NCBI GenBank assembly: GCA_023259575.1 | Contig: JALRHN010000002.1 | Span: forward strand, 1 to 33,035 | Source: Candidatus Kapaibacterium sp. | GTDB taxonomy: Bacteria; Bacteroidota; Ignavibacteria; Kapaibacteriales; UBA961 | Direction of reading: 5' to 3' | DNA length: 33,035 bases | Shown: positions 7,538 through 16,096 of the stretch, one piece after another | Layout: every line of letters starts with the position of its first letter | How positions within the stretch are numbered: the first letter of the stretch is position 1 | Made by a program: the position numbers and the translations under genes | Notes under the pieces: model-generated | Database searches by the model: none | What the model was told of the DNA's origin: nothing | The model's input: the letters and a program-made list of their open reading frames with translations, nothing else

Positions 7538-8593
7538 ATGAATTTTCTAAACCGTTTTGTCTTATTTGCATTTGGAGCAATAGCTCTTATTATAGTTTCA
7601 ACAGGTTGCTCCGAAAAGTCTAAGGCACCAGAGCCAATTGGTGAATTAAAAACCTATACAGATACTATAACCAATTTTAAAGTACAGTATCCTTCAAATT
7701 GGACATTAATCCAAAAAGAGGCTGGTAGAAGATTCATGGCTTTTCCTTCTAAAGAAGCAAATGAAGCTTTTAAAAAAGTTTATGCCGCTCCTGCAGAAAT
7801 CAATAATTCAGCAGCACAAATCGCAGTATTTTTACAACCTATACGCGGCAGAACATTAGATACTATCGTTTTAGATAATATGAGCGATATGATTAGTGAT
7901 TCATTATTTACTGAAAAAAAACAAATCACTATTAATGGTCTTCCAGGATATCGTTTACATTATCGCTATAATTTAGCAGATGGGTTATATGAAGGTGAAA
8001 AGTACATAGGTATCAAAGATACAACCTATGCAACAATAATTGAATTCAGTTCATTTACTGATTCATATTCTTTTTATAAGCCTCATTTTGATAAAATTAT
8101 TAGTTCTGTTGTATTAGCATCTAATCCTATTCAGAAAAAAATTGATACAATTGTTCAGAATGTGGAAGCTGCGCCTCCATCAGCTACATTTCGTGTAGTG
8201 AATGGTATGGGCTTTTCTATTTCATTACCTGATAATTTTAATGGAAAACGTACCCCAAATCAAGGTACTTTATTCTCAGCAAGTTATCAAGGTGACAGAT
8301 TAGATTGCGCAATTCAAGTTGATGTTATTGATGCTTCTAAGCAAAAGAATTTAGCTAAAATTGTAGAAGACAATAAAGCAAAATATCGTGCTACTGCTGC
8401 ATCAAAAACTTCAATTGGTGGTGTTGATGCATATTTCATGAATTATTCTTTTATGCGTGATGTCAATAGCCGTGTGTACTTTGCAATTAAAGGTGATAAA
8501 ATGTATAGAGTTACATTAAATTGGTTTGTACCAAAACAAGCTATATATTTACCCGTTTTCGAAAATTGTTTAAGAACATTAAAAATTAATTAA
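7538..8593 (+). CDS. Lipoprotein with two tandem PsbP/DUF1795-like domains (tentative)
   Basis: Signal peptide with lipobox (IVSTGC). Both halves start with an F-x-[VI]-x-x-P-x-N-[WF] element (FKVQYPSNW and FSISLPDNF). A strong purine-rich SD-like GAGGAGAGAG lies upstream. Confidence 0.6.
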   Translation: MNFLNRFVLFAFGAIALIIVSTGCSEKSKAPEPIGELKTYTDTITNFKVQYPSNWTLIQKEAGRRFMAFPSKEANEAFKKVYAAPAEINNSAAQIAVFLQPIRGRTLDTIVLDNMSDMISDSLFTEKKQITINGLPGYRLHYRYNLADGLYEGEKYIGIKDTTYATIIEFSSFTDSYSFYKPHFDKIISSVVLASNPIQKKIDTIVQNVEAAPPSATFRVVNGMGFSISLPDNFNGKRTPNQGTLFSASYQGDRLDCAIQVDVIDASKQKNLAKIVEDNKAKYRATAASKTSIGGVDAYFMNYSFMRDVNSRVYFAIKGDKMYRVTLNWFVPKQAIYLPVFENCLRTLKIN

Positions 8594-8613
8594 TATTAAA
8601 TACGATATTTTTT

Positions 8614-8648
8614 AACCGACATATTCATTGTAATGTGTCGGTTTTTTT
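8614..8648 (+). terminator. Intrinsic terminator after the lipoprotein gene
   Basis: 8-bp stem AACCGACA (8614-8621) / TGTCGGTT (8636-8643) with a 14-nt loop. The T-run spans 8642-8648, about 20 bp after the stop codon. Confidence 0.75.
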
Positions 8649-8660
8649 ATATATACATTT

Positions 8661-9566
8661 ATGGATTATACTTTTCTGCATTCAACAATATTGCAATGGT
8701 TTGATAATAATCAAAAAGAGTATCCATGGCGCAGTGAAGACCCCGATCCATACCATGTTTTATTGTCCGAATATATGCTTCAGCAAACGCAAGCATCTAG
8801 AATTGCATTGAAATTTCCCGAATTCCTTATATCATTTCCCACAATAGAAACTTTATCCAAAGCTACTAATGCCCAAATGATTATTGCTTGGCAAGGCATG
8901 GGTTATAATAATAGAGCTATTAGATTAAGAGATTGCGCAAAGCACATCATGGACACATTTAATGGCAATATTCCAAGTAATTATTCAGATTTATTATCAT
9001 TACCGGGCATTGGGACATATACAGCATCAGCCATTTTATCTTTTGCATTTAAGCACAATATCTCTGTGATTGATATAAATATTTATAGAATTTATTCCAG
9101 AGTTTTTGGCCTAGATATTCAGGATGCAAAAACAAAAAATGAGGTCAGAACTATTGCTGAGTATATATATCCAAAAGACAATTCTTCTTCTTGGCATCAA
9201 GCTTTAATGGATATCGGATCTTCATTTTGTAAAGCACAAAATCCCAAATGTACATTATGTCCCATTCCAGATTGCTTATATAGAAATAATCCCTCACTTT
9301 ATAATATGAAGCCTGCAAAATCCAAAAAAATTGAAGCAAGTTTTAGGAATAAACCAAATAGAATTTGGAGGGGAAAAACGATTGAGTTTTTAAGGAATGA
9401 TCATCAATTAGGACATGATCTTCATGATGTATTACATAGTATTCTACAACAGAATCCAAATGAAATAGATATCGAATGGTTCAAAGAATCAATTATTCCC
9501 TCTTTAATTAAAGATCAGTTAATTGAATATAATGCAGAAAACAATCATGTATCCTTAAAAGGATAA
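8661..9566 (+). CDS. MutY-like adenine DNA glycosylase (HhH-GPD superfamily with Fe-S cluster), short form
   Basis: LLSEYMLQQTQ (MutY catalytic Glu context), HhH LPGIGTYTASAIL, VIDINIYRI (catalytic Asp context) and the Cys cluster CKAQNPKCTLCPIPDC. It is only 301 aa, and the C-terminal part does not look like the MutT/Nudix-like domain. Confidence 0.75.
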   Translation: MDYTFLHSTILQWFDNNQKEYPWRSEDPDPYHVLLSEYMLQQTQASRIALKFPEFLISFPTIETLSKATNAQMIIAWQGMGYNNRAIRLRDCAKHIMDTFNGNIPSNYSDLLSLPGIGTYTASAILSFAFKHNISVIDINIYRIYSRVFGLDIQDAKTKNEVRTIAEYIYPKDNSSSWHQALMDIGSSFCKAQNPKCTLCPIPDCLYRNNPSLYNMKPAKSKKIEASFRNKPNRIWRGKTIEFLRNDHQLGHDLHDVLHSILQQNPNEIDIEWFKESIIPSLIKDQLIEYNAENNHVSLKG

Positions 9567-9651
9567 TCCATATTATTGAAATTTCATAATCTGAGTGATA
9601 GAATTTTACTAACTTGAATGATACATTAACTCACTTTTATAGCATAGTATT

Positions 9652-10710
9652 TTGGCAAATTTCTCTATAAAAATCGCATCGGCATTATATCGATATACTT
9701 CTATCATTATATGCTTACAGTGTTTAATTCTCATTATTGTGCTCGCCGTTCTTTTTCCTAATTTTCAAAGCAATATTGCATTTATCATTATAGTTATATC
9801 TGGTCTTACTTTAGCAATTAGTTTGCTTTTTGTACAATCATTTAGTAAAAAGAATGTAGAAAAGCCTTTAGAAATGATGGTTAATACCGCGCATCATGTC
9901 ATTGGAGGATTGCCTTCAGACAGAGTACATGTTCAGGATATGTATTTTTCAGAATTTAAAAGAACAGCAGAGGCAATAAATGTTCTTGCTGATAAAGCAT
10001 CTAAAGATATAGCAGAATTAAAAAAATTAGAGCAAGTAAGAAGTCAATTTTTGGGCAATGTATCCCATGAATTAAGAACACCAATTTTTTCTATACAAGG
10101 ATATTTAGAAACACTATTAGACGGAGCAATAGATGATAATCAAGTTAGAAGAAGATTTGTAGAAAGGGCACATGCAAATGCAATTCGATTAAATGTATTA
10201 TTATCAGATTTAATAGATATATCAAAAATTGAATCTGGGGAAATGCGCATGAGCTATCGGTATTTTAATCTTGTTGATACAATCAAAGATGTTTTAACAG
10301 CCCTGGAATATCAAGCTCAACAATATCAAGTTCAATTGATTAATGATATCGGAAATGAAGAAATTACTGTGTATGGAGATAAAGAAAGAATTGGACAAGC
10401 ATTAACTAATCTTATAGAAAATGCAATTAAATACAATAAACCTGGTGGACATGTACAGATTTACACAGATATACATATCGCAGATGTTACAATCTTTATA
10501 AAAGATACAGGTATTGGAATTGCACAAGAGCATCAAGATAGAATTTTTGAAAGATTTTACAGGGTAGATAAAGATAGATCTCGAGCTGTTGGAGGAAGTG
10601 GCTTGGGCTTAGCAATTGTAAAACATATTCTTGAAGCTCATAATTCTCATTTAGAGATAAGCAGTGTTCCTGAAAGTGGAACATGTATTTCTTTTGCATT
10701 AAAGCGTTAA
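9652..10710 (+). CDS. Sensor histidine kinase (two TM, HAMP-like linker, HisKA, HATPase_c)
   Basis: H-box SHELRTP, N-box NLIENAIKYN, G1 DTGIGI, F-box FERFYR and G2 GGSGLGLAIV. Two N-terminal TM helices are separated by a very short loop. The start is a TTG, so the exact start is uncertain. Confidence 0.88.
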   Translation: MANFSIKIASALYRYTSIIICLQCLILIIVLAVLFPNFQSNIAFIIIVISGLTLAISLLFVQSFSKKNVEKPLEMMVNTAHHVIGGLPSDRVHVQDMYFSEFKRTAEAINVLADKASKDIAELKKLEQVRSQFLGNVSHELRTPIFSIQGYLETLLDGAIDDNQVRRRFVERAHANAIRLNVLLSDLIDISKIESGEMRMSYRYFNLVDTIKDVLTALEYQAQQYQVQLINDIGNEEITVYGDKERIGQALTNLIENAIKYNKPGGHVQIYTDIHIADVTIFIKDTGIGIAQEHQDRIFERFYRVDKDRSRAVGGSGLGLAIVKHILEAHNSHLEISSVPESGTCISFALKR

Positions 10711-10834
10711 TTATCGAACTTTCAGGTCATATATAAAGTTTATGCATTATCAATCAAATAGAAGATACTCTGGATTTTTTCAGTAATTTGCAAAGCTTTT
10801 CACCTACATTTTTTTGTTCTAATGGAATTCCCAC

Positions 10835-12004
10835 ATGTCAGACAATGAATATATATCAACACCAAATTTTGGCTTATCAGATGATTTATTAGCTATTAAA
10901 AGCCTTGCTGAATCTTTTGCTAATACAGAGATACGTCCTTATGCCCTTCAATATGATGAAAGCCAAGAATTTCCTCATGAAATATTTGCTAAACTTGGTG
11001 AATTAGGTTTTCTTGGTATACTTGTTCCAACCGAATATGGTGGAAGCGGATTAGGTTATCAAGAATATGCTATTATAGTAGAAGCAAGTGCTAAGGCTTG
11101 CCCAGCAATAGCTTTAGGTGTTGCAGCACATAATGGCTTATGTACAAATCATATTTTGAAATTTGCTAATGAAGAAGTGAAACAAAAATATATTCCACGT
11201 CTAGCCAAAGGTGAAACAATGGGTGCTTGGGGTTTAACAGAACCAAGCGCAGGAAGCGATGCTGGAGGAACTCAAACTACCGCTATACGAGACGGAGACC
11301 ATTATATAATCAATGGATCAAAAAACTTTATTACGCATGGAAATGTTGGTGATATCGCTGTAATTATGGCAGTAACAGATTCATCAAAAGGAAAAAAAGG
11401 TATTTCTGCTTTTGCCATTGATAAGTCTATGCCAGGATTTTATGCAAGTAAAAAAGAGAATAAGCTTGGTATGCGTTGTAGTGATACCGCTTCATTAACC
11501 TTTGACAATGTACATGTTCCTGCTAGCCATTTGATTGGTAATGAAGGAGAAGGATTCGTACAGGCATTACAAATATTAGATGGTGGTAGAATTTCTATTG
11601 CTGCTCTTTCTGTAGGCCTAGCACAGGGGGCTTTAGATGCATCACTTAAGTATTCTTTAGAAAGAAAGCAGTTCAATATGCGTTTAGCAGATATGCAAGG
11701 CATACAGTTTAAATTAGCTAAAATGGCAATGGAAATAGAAGCTTCCAGATTACTCACAATGAAAACTGCATGGATGAAAGATAATGGTGAAGCTATAACT
11801 TTACAGGCATCTCAAGCAAAGTTTTATGCAAGTGAAATAGCTGTAAGGGCAGCCGAAGAATCAGTTCAAATTCATGGTGGTTATGGGTATATAAAAGAAT
11901 ATCCAGTAGAAAAATACTATCGCGATGTAAAGCTTTTAACCATTGGCGAAGGAACAAGCGAAGTACAAAAACTTGTTATGGCTAGGCAAATTCTTAATGC
12001 TTAA
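10835..12004 (+). CDS. Acyl-CoA dehydrogenase (short/medium-chain type)
   Basis: 389 aa. ACAD signatures GAWGLTEPSAGSDA and QIHGGYGY, plus the catalytic-Glu context GEGTSEVQ near the C-terminus. Confidence 0.92.
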   Translation: MSDNEYISTPNFGLSDDLLAIKSLAESFANTEIRPYALQYDESQEFPHEIFAKLGELGFLGILVPTEYGGSGLGYQEYAIIVEASAKACPAIALGVAAHNGLCTNHILKFANEEVKQKYIPRLAKGETMGAWGLTEPSAGSDAGGTQTTAIRDGDHYIINGSKNFITHGNVGDIAVIMAVTDSSKGKKGISAFAIDKSMPGFYASKKENKLGMRCSDTASLTFDNVHVPASHLIGNEGEGFVQALQILDGGRISIAALSVGLAQGALDASLKYSLERKQFNMRLADMQGIQFKLAKMAMEIEASRLLTMKTAWMKDNGEAITLQASQAKFYASEIAVRAAEESVQIHGGYGYIKEYPVEKYYRDVKLLTIGEGTSEVQKLVMARQILNA

Positions 12005-12022
12005 TTCCTATATAGGAATTCT

Positions 12023-12700
12023 ATGAATACCATATATATTTCATTCTTGTTTTTATTGATTGTTCTTTGTAGTTCTTGTGATATTTCTAATCCAGATACT
12101 AATGCAAAGCCATATCCAATTGTAGATATTGATGGAAATGGCTATGATTCTGTACAAATTGGAAATCAATTTTGGCTAAATTCTAATATTAAGGTTACAC
12201 ATTTTAGAAATGGTGACCCCATACCAGAAGCAAAAACAGCATTAGAATGGATGGAAGCGGCTCAGCAAGGTAAGCCTGCTTATTGTTATTATGATAATAA
12301 TCCTTTTAATGCTTTGTTGTATGGGAAATTGTATAATTGGTATGCAATCACCGATCCACGTGGGCTAGCACCTTTGGGATGGCATATTCCTACTGATGAA
12401 GAACTTATTCAACTTGGAAATGATGTCAACAATGATGGAGGCTCGATAAAATCTAATTCTGGTTGGCAAAATGGTGCTAATGGCTCAAATACAAGCAGAT
12501 TTTATGCACTTCCTGGGGGATTTCGTAATAATAATGGTGCCTTTTCCTTTATTGAATACTTTGGGTATTGGTGGAGCTCTTCTGCTAGTAATAGTGAATA
12601 TGCATGGGGACGCTATCTAAACAGTGAAGGAAATTACGTATATAGATATACGTATAAAAAGGGTTGTGGCTTAGCTATAAGATGTATTAAAGATTCTTAG
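12023..12700 (+). CDS. FISUMP (Fibrobacter succinogenes major paralogous) domain lipoprotein
   Basis: Lipoprotein signal (VLCSSC). YGKLYNWYA, GWHIPTDEE, LPGGFRN and YWWSSS are characteristic of the TIGR02145-type domain as I remember it. Confidence 0.75.
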   Translation: MNTIYISFLFLLIVLCSSCDISNPDTNAKPYPIVDIDGNGYDSVQIGNQFWLNSNIKVTHFRNGDPIPEAKTALEWMEAAQQGKPAYCYYDNNPFNALLYGKLYNWYAITDPRGLAPLGWHIPTDEELIQLGNDVNNDGGSIKSNSGWQNGANGSNTSRFYALPGGFRNNNGAFSFIEYFGYWWSSSASNSEYAWGRYLNSEGNYVYRYTYKKGCGLAIRCIKDS

Positions 12701-14171
12701 ATTCTATAATTGCCTTAGCAGCAAATTGTCCAGAAAGTATAACTAATGGAATACCACCTCCAGGATGAGAACTTCCGCCACAATAAAACAGATTTTTTAT
12801 CTTATTATCTCTGTTTTTTGGTCTTAAAAAAGCACTAAACATAGAATTAGAAGAAGATCCATATAAAGAACCTCCAGTCGCATTAAAATCTTCTGAGAAA
12901 TGTTTTGGTGATATATATCTTGGCTCGCCATCAATATATGCATCAAATTCAGGATAGTATTTTTCAATTTGCTGAAAAATCTTCTCAGCATACAATTGCT
13001 GCTCATCTTTATTCCATTGCATGTTTAAGGAATTAGACGGAGTATTTACCAAAATAACCCAATTTTCCTTGTCACCTTGTGCTTGTGATGCATCCGTTAT
13101 TGAAGATACACTTATATAAACTGTCATGTTCTCTGGTGGGATATCTTCCATAAAAATCTCATGAAATTCTCTTTCATAATCATCAGAAAACAAAACTGTA
13201 TGATGTTTCATAGAAAATGGATTTTTTTTCATTGCTAAAAGAATGACAAATCCCGAAGAAGATAAATCAGGAAGTTTTTCCGTATTTCTTCCTAATAGCT
13301 TTGTTCTTGTATGATATACATCTCCATTTGAGATTATATAATCAGCTTTTAATAAACTCCCAGAACTTATCTCTACAGATTCTGCTCTACCATTATTACA
13401 ATGTATCTTTTTAACTTCGGTATCATATATAATTGATATTCCTAATTCATTGCAAAGCTTTACATATGCTTCTGCAATAGAATAAATCCCACCTTTAGGA
13501 TACCACCCACCATATTTCCATTCTATATATGGAATTACCATTAATGTTGCAGGGGCTTTATATGGAGACGATCCATTATAGGTTGCAAATCTGTCAAAAA
13601 GTTGAATTAGCTTTTTATCAGAAAAATAAGAAGCATTATGATCATGAAACCCTTTTGTAAAACGAAGCAAAGGAAGTTGTGGCAATAAAGGGAGATTCTT
13701 AGTTTTAAAAAATTCTAAAAAACCATCAAAAGGATTGAATAAGAATACATCTTTAGTAGCTGAATATACTTTTTGCGCATGCTCAAGATATGATTCAAAT
13801 TCATGTATAGAATGAGTACCAGAAAATTCTTGAAGTGCCTTATGCATAGATTTTTTATCTGTATAAAAATCTAAAGAAGATGAATCAAGCCATTTATAAT
13901 GACAAATAGGATGGATTGGCAATAGATCAATATAATCTGATAATTGTTTTCCAGAACCTAAACTTTGAATAAAATCTTGTAGAATAAAAGGCATTGTGAT
14001 TAATGATGGGCCAGCATCAAAAACACATTCATTATGGTAAATACGACGCATCCTGCCACCGGCTGTATTGTTTTTTTCTATGATTGTAATATCATAACCT
14101 TTACTTGCTAAAAGTAAAGCCGATGTCATACCGCCAATACCAGCACCAATTACAATAACTTTATTCTTCAT
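12687..14171 (-). CDS. Phytoene desaturase (CrtI)-family FAD-dependent oxidoreductase
   Basis: N-terminal Rossmann motif VIVIGAGIGGMTSA...IIEKN, 494 aa, and a C-terminal GGSSHPGGGIPLV typical of CrtI-family enzymes. Substrate unknown. Confidence 0.8.
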   Translation of the reverse strand: MKNKVIVIGAGIGGMTSALLLASKGYDITIIEKNNTAGGRMRRIYHNECVFDAGPSLITMPFILQDFIQSLGSGKQLSDYIDLLPIHPICHYKWLDSSSLDFYTDKKSMHKALQEFSGTHSIHEFESYLEHAQKVYSATKDVFLFNPFDGFLEFFKTKNLPLLPQLPLLRFTKGFHDHNASYFSDKKLIQLFDRFATYNGSSPYKAPATLMVIPYIEWKYGGWYPKGGIYSIAEAYVKLCNELGISIIYDTEVKKIHCNNGRAESVEISSGSLLKADYIISNGDVYHTRTKLLGRNTEKLPDLSSSGFVILLAMKKNPFSMKHHTVLFSDDYEREFHEIFMEDIPPENMTVYISVSSITDASQAQGDKENWVILVNTPSNSLNMQWNKDEQQLYAEKIFQQIEKYYPEFDAYIDGEPRYISPKHFSEDFNATGGSLYGSSSNSMFSAFLRPKNRDNKIKNLFYCGGSSHPGGGIPLVILSGQFAAKAIIESKNL

Positions 14172-14607
14172 TTGGAATAATTTTTCCTAATTGTCTCTGT
14201 TGTTTAATCATACCTCTTTTCTTTTTGTCCGAGATTCTCTCTTCTCTTCCAGCAAAAGTGGGTTTTGTAGGTTTTCGAATTTTAGGAGGAATAATAGCTC
14301 TTAATATGATAGCCTTTAGTTTAAGCAATGTATCTTCTGCATTTTCTTTTTGACTTCTATGTTTTTGACTTGTGATAAGGATATGTCCATCTGCATCAAA
14401 TTTTATTGATGAATAAGAAACAATTCTAGAAACTATATCATAAGGCAAATGGAAAGCATCATGAATATGATAATGTAATTCAACTTTTGTAGATACTTTG
14501 TTTACATGTTGTCCACCCGGACCAGACGACCTAACAGCCCTCATTTCTAATAATTGCGCAGGAATATGAAAGGATTCATTGATATATAAATCTTGTTGAG
14601 GATGCAT
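14161..14607 (-). CDS. arfB: Alternative ribosome-rescue factor ArfB (peptidyl-tRNA hydrolase, RF-1 domain)
   Basis: 148 aa with the GGQ motif in GPGGQHVNKVSTKVEL and a basic C-terminal tail (KKKRGMIKQQRQLGK). Confidence 0.85.
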   Translation of the reverse strand: MHPQQDLYINESFHIPAQLLEMRAVRSSGPGGQHVNKVSTKVELHYHIHDAFHLPYDIVSRIVSYSSIKFDADGHILITSQKHRSQKENAEDTLLKLKAIILRAIIPPKIRKPTKPTFAGREERISDKKKRGMIKQQRQLGKIIPNEE

Positions 14608-15182
14608 TATTTTTTTGAACGAAGAAGATGTGATTTTCCATCATTTGATAAGAAGCCAAAAGCACTTCCACATAAACCGCCAATAATATGAGCAAATTGA
14701 GAAATGGAATCTTGCGCAAAAGATGCAACAACTTCTTTGCCTAAAAACACTATAACAATAATCACAAATGTTAAAGGAAGATGTCCAGCTTTAATATTAG
14801 CAAATGAACTTAAAAGTATTAACATAAATACAATACCACTTGCACCTAATAAACCAAAACCTAAAAGAAAAATGCTTAAAAAACCAGTAATGCATGCAGT
14901 GATTATAATCATCAATAGCATTGTTTTAGAACCATGTTTTTCTTCTAATAATGGTCCAATCAATAAAATCAAAGTAAGATTTCCAAAAAGATGTTCCCAA
15001 TTGGCATGTCCTAAAACATGAGTAAACATTCTTATATAACTTAAAGGATTAAGCCAGCCAGATGGCCATGCAGTAAAAAGCCACTGGGTTGATAAGCCTC
15101 CTGTTATAGAAGATAATATCATAACACATGTAGAAATAAGCGAAAAAGTAAGAATTACAGGAGCATTATAGTCTAATTTCAT
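14607..15182 (-). CDS. Rhomboid-family intramembrane serine protease
   Basis: Polytopic membrane protein with HANWEHLFGNL (H..N), the catalytic-Ser context LGASGIVF and the catalytic-His context FAHIIGGLCG. Confidence 0.8.
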   Translation of the reverse strand: MKLDYNAPVILTFSLISTCVMILSSITGGLSTQWLFTAWPSGWLNPLSYIRMFTHVLGHANWEHLFGNLTLILLIGPLLEEKHGSKTMLLMIIITACITGFLSIFLLGFGLLGASGIVFMLILLSSFANIKAGHLPLTFVIIVIVFLGKEVVASFAQDSISQFAHIIGGLCGSAFGFLSNDGKSHLLRSKK

Positions 15183-15196
15183 TGGATATATTCTTT

Positions 15197-16096
15197 CTAC
15201 TCTTCAAAAATTTTAATAATATTTCCTTGTCTATCAATGATTGCTCTTATGTCATCGCAATATTGATCTTGTTTTTTCTTACCAATCATTCTTGTGCTTA
15301 TATTAACTTCTGCCTGACCATTTATAAATTTTCCATAAACAAAGCCACAACAACCTTCATCAACGCATCCAAGATTTCTTTTAAATGCCCTTTTTCCTTG
15401 TTTATCAATGTAGAATACTATATTTCCTTTACGAACTGCAGCTAAGCCTTCGCTAAATTCATCTGCAGCATCATATTGTGGTTTTATGATCCATTTTCCT
15501 TTTTTATCAATAAAACCAAATTTATAATTCTTATGTGCAACAGCTAAGCCTTGTTTGAATCGTGGTAGATAATATACTGCGGCACCTCCCCAAAAACCAA
15601 ACTCTATATTTATGGCTTTCTTTCCTTGTTTATCAATAAAAATATAATTATCATTTTGCATTACACATGCTAAGCCTTCAGAAAACTCGGATAGTATTTG
15701 TGATTCATTACTAAATGATAGAGGAATTACAATTTTTCCATTTGAATCACAAAAACCAACTTTATATTCTCTACTAATTGCCCTAAGGCCATCATGTAAT
15801 TCACCGATATTATCATATTCACAAGGTAAAACCATTTCCCCTTTTTCATTAAGTAAACCCATAGATCCATTAAAACAACTTACCAAAGCATTGCCTTCAT
15901 AAAAATCCAAGGCCCATTTCCATTCACCAGGAAAAGCCTGTTTTCCAGTACTTTTATAAACATATATCCATTTATCATCTGATTTTTCTACAGCTATAAT
16001 ATCCTGAGAAAAACCTTGAGTAGAACTCACAAATAGAATAACAAAACAAAGAAATGAGAATATTGTTATAAAGGAATATTTCCGTGCTTTTTCCAT
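15197..16096 (-). CDS. Secreted WG-repeat (KWG-like beta-repeat) protein
   Basis: Signal peptide, then reiterated units of the form K-[FVW]-G-F-[IC]-D-x-x-G-K-x-[VI]-I-x-x-x-[FY]-x-x-x-x-x-F-S-E-G-L-A. Examples are [31 protein letters not shown] and [15 protein letters not shown]...FSEGLACV. Confidence 0.75.
   Translation of the reverse strand: MEKARKYSFITIFSFLCFVILFVSSTQGFSQDIIAVEKSDDKWIYVYKSTGKQAFPGEWKWALDFYEGNALVSCFNGSMGLLNEKGEMVLPCEYDNIGELHDGLRAISREYKVGFCDSNGKIVIPLSFSNESQILSEFSEGLACVMQNDNYIFIDKQGKKAINIEFGFWGGAAVYYLPRFKQGLAVAHKNYKFGFIDKKGKWIIKPQYDAADEFSEGLAAVRKGNIVFYIDKQGKRAFKRNLGCVDEGCCGFVYGKFINGQAEVNISTRMIGKKKQDQYCDDIRAIIDRQGNIIKIFEE

Noticed and set aside
9551-9586. Perfect palindromes ATCCTTAAAAGGAT (9551-9564, overlapping the glycosylase stop) and TGAAATTTCA (9577-9586) upstream of the histidine kinase
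   Set aside because: They are short AT-rich palindromes with an appreciable chance expectation. The first lies mostly in coding sequence and cannot form a hairpin, because the loop would be 2 nt. There is no repeat of the motif elsewhere in the window.
12687-14171. CrtI-like gene as part of a carotenoid biosynthesis cluster
   Set aside because: No crtB, crtY or other carotenoid genes are adjacent. The neighbours are ArfB and a lipoprotein. I kept only the generic family call.
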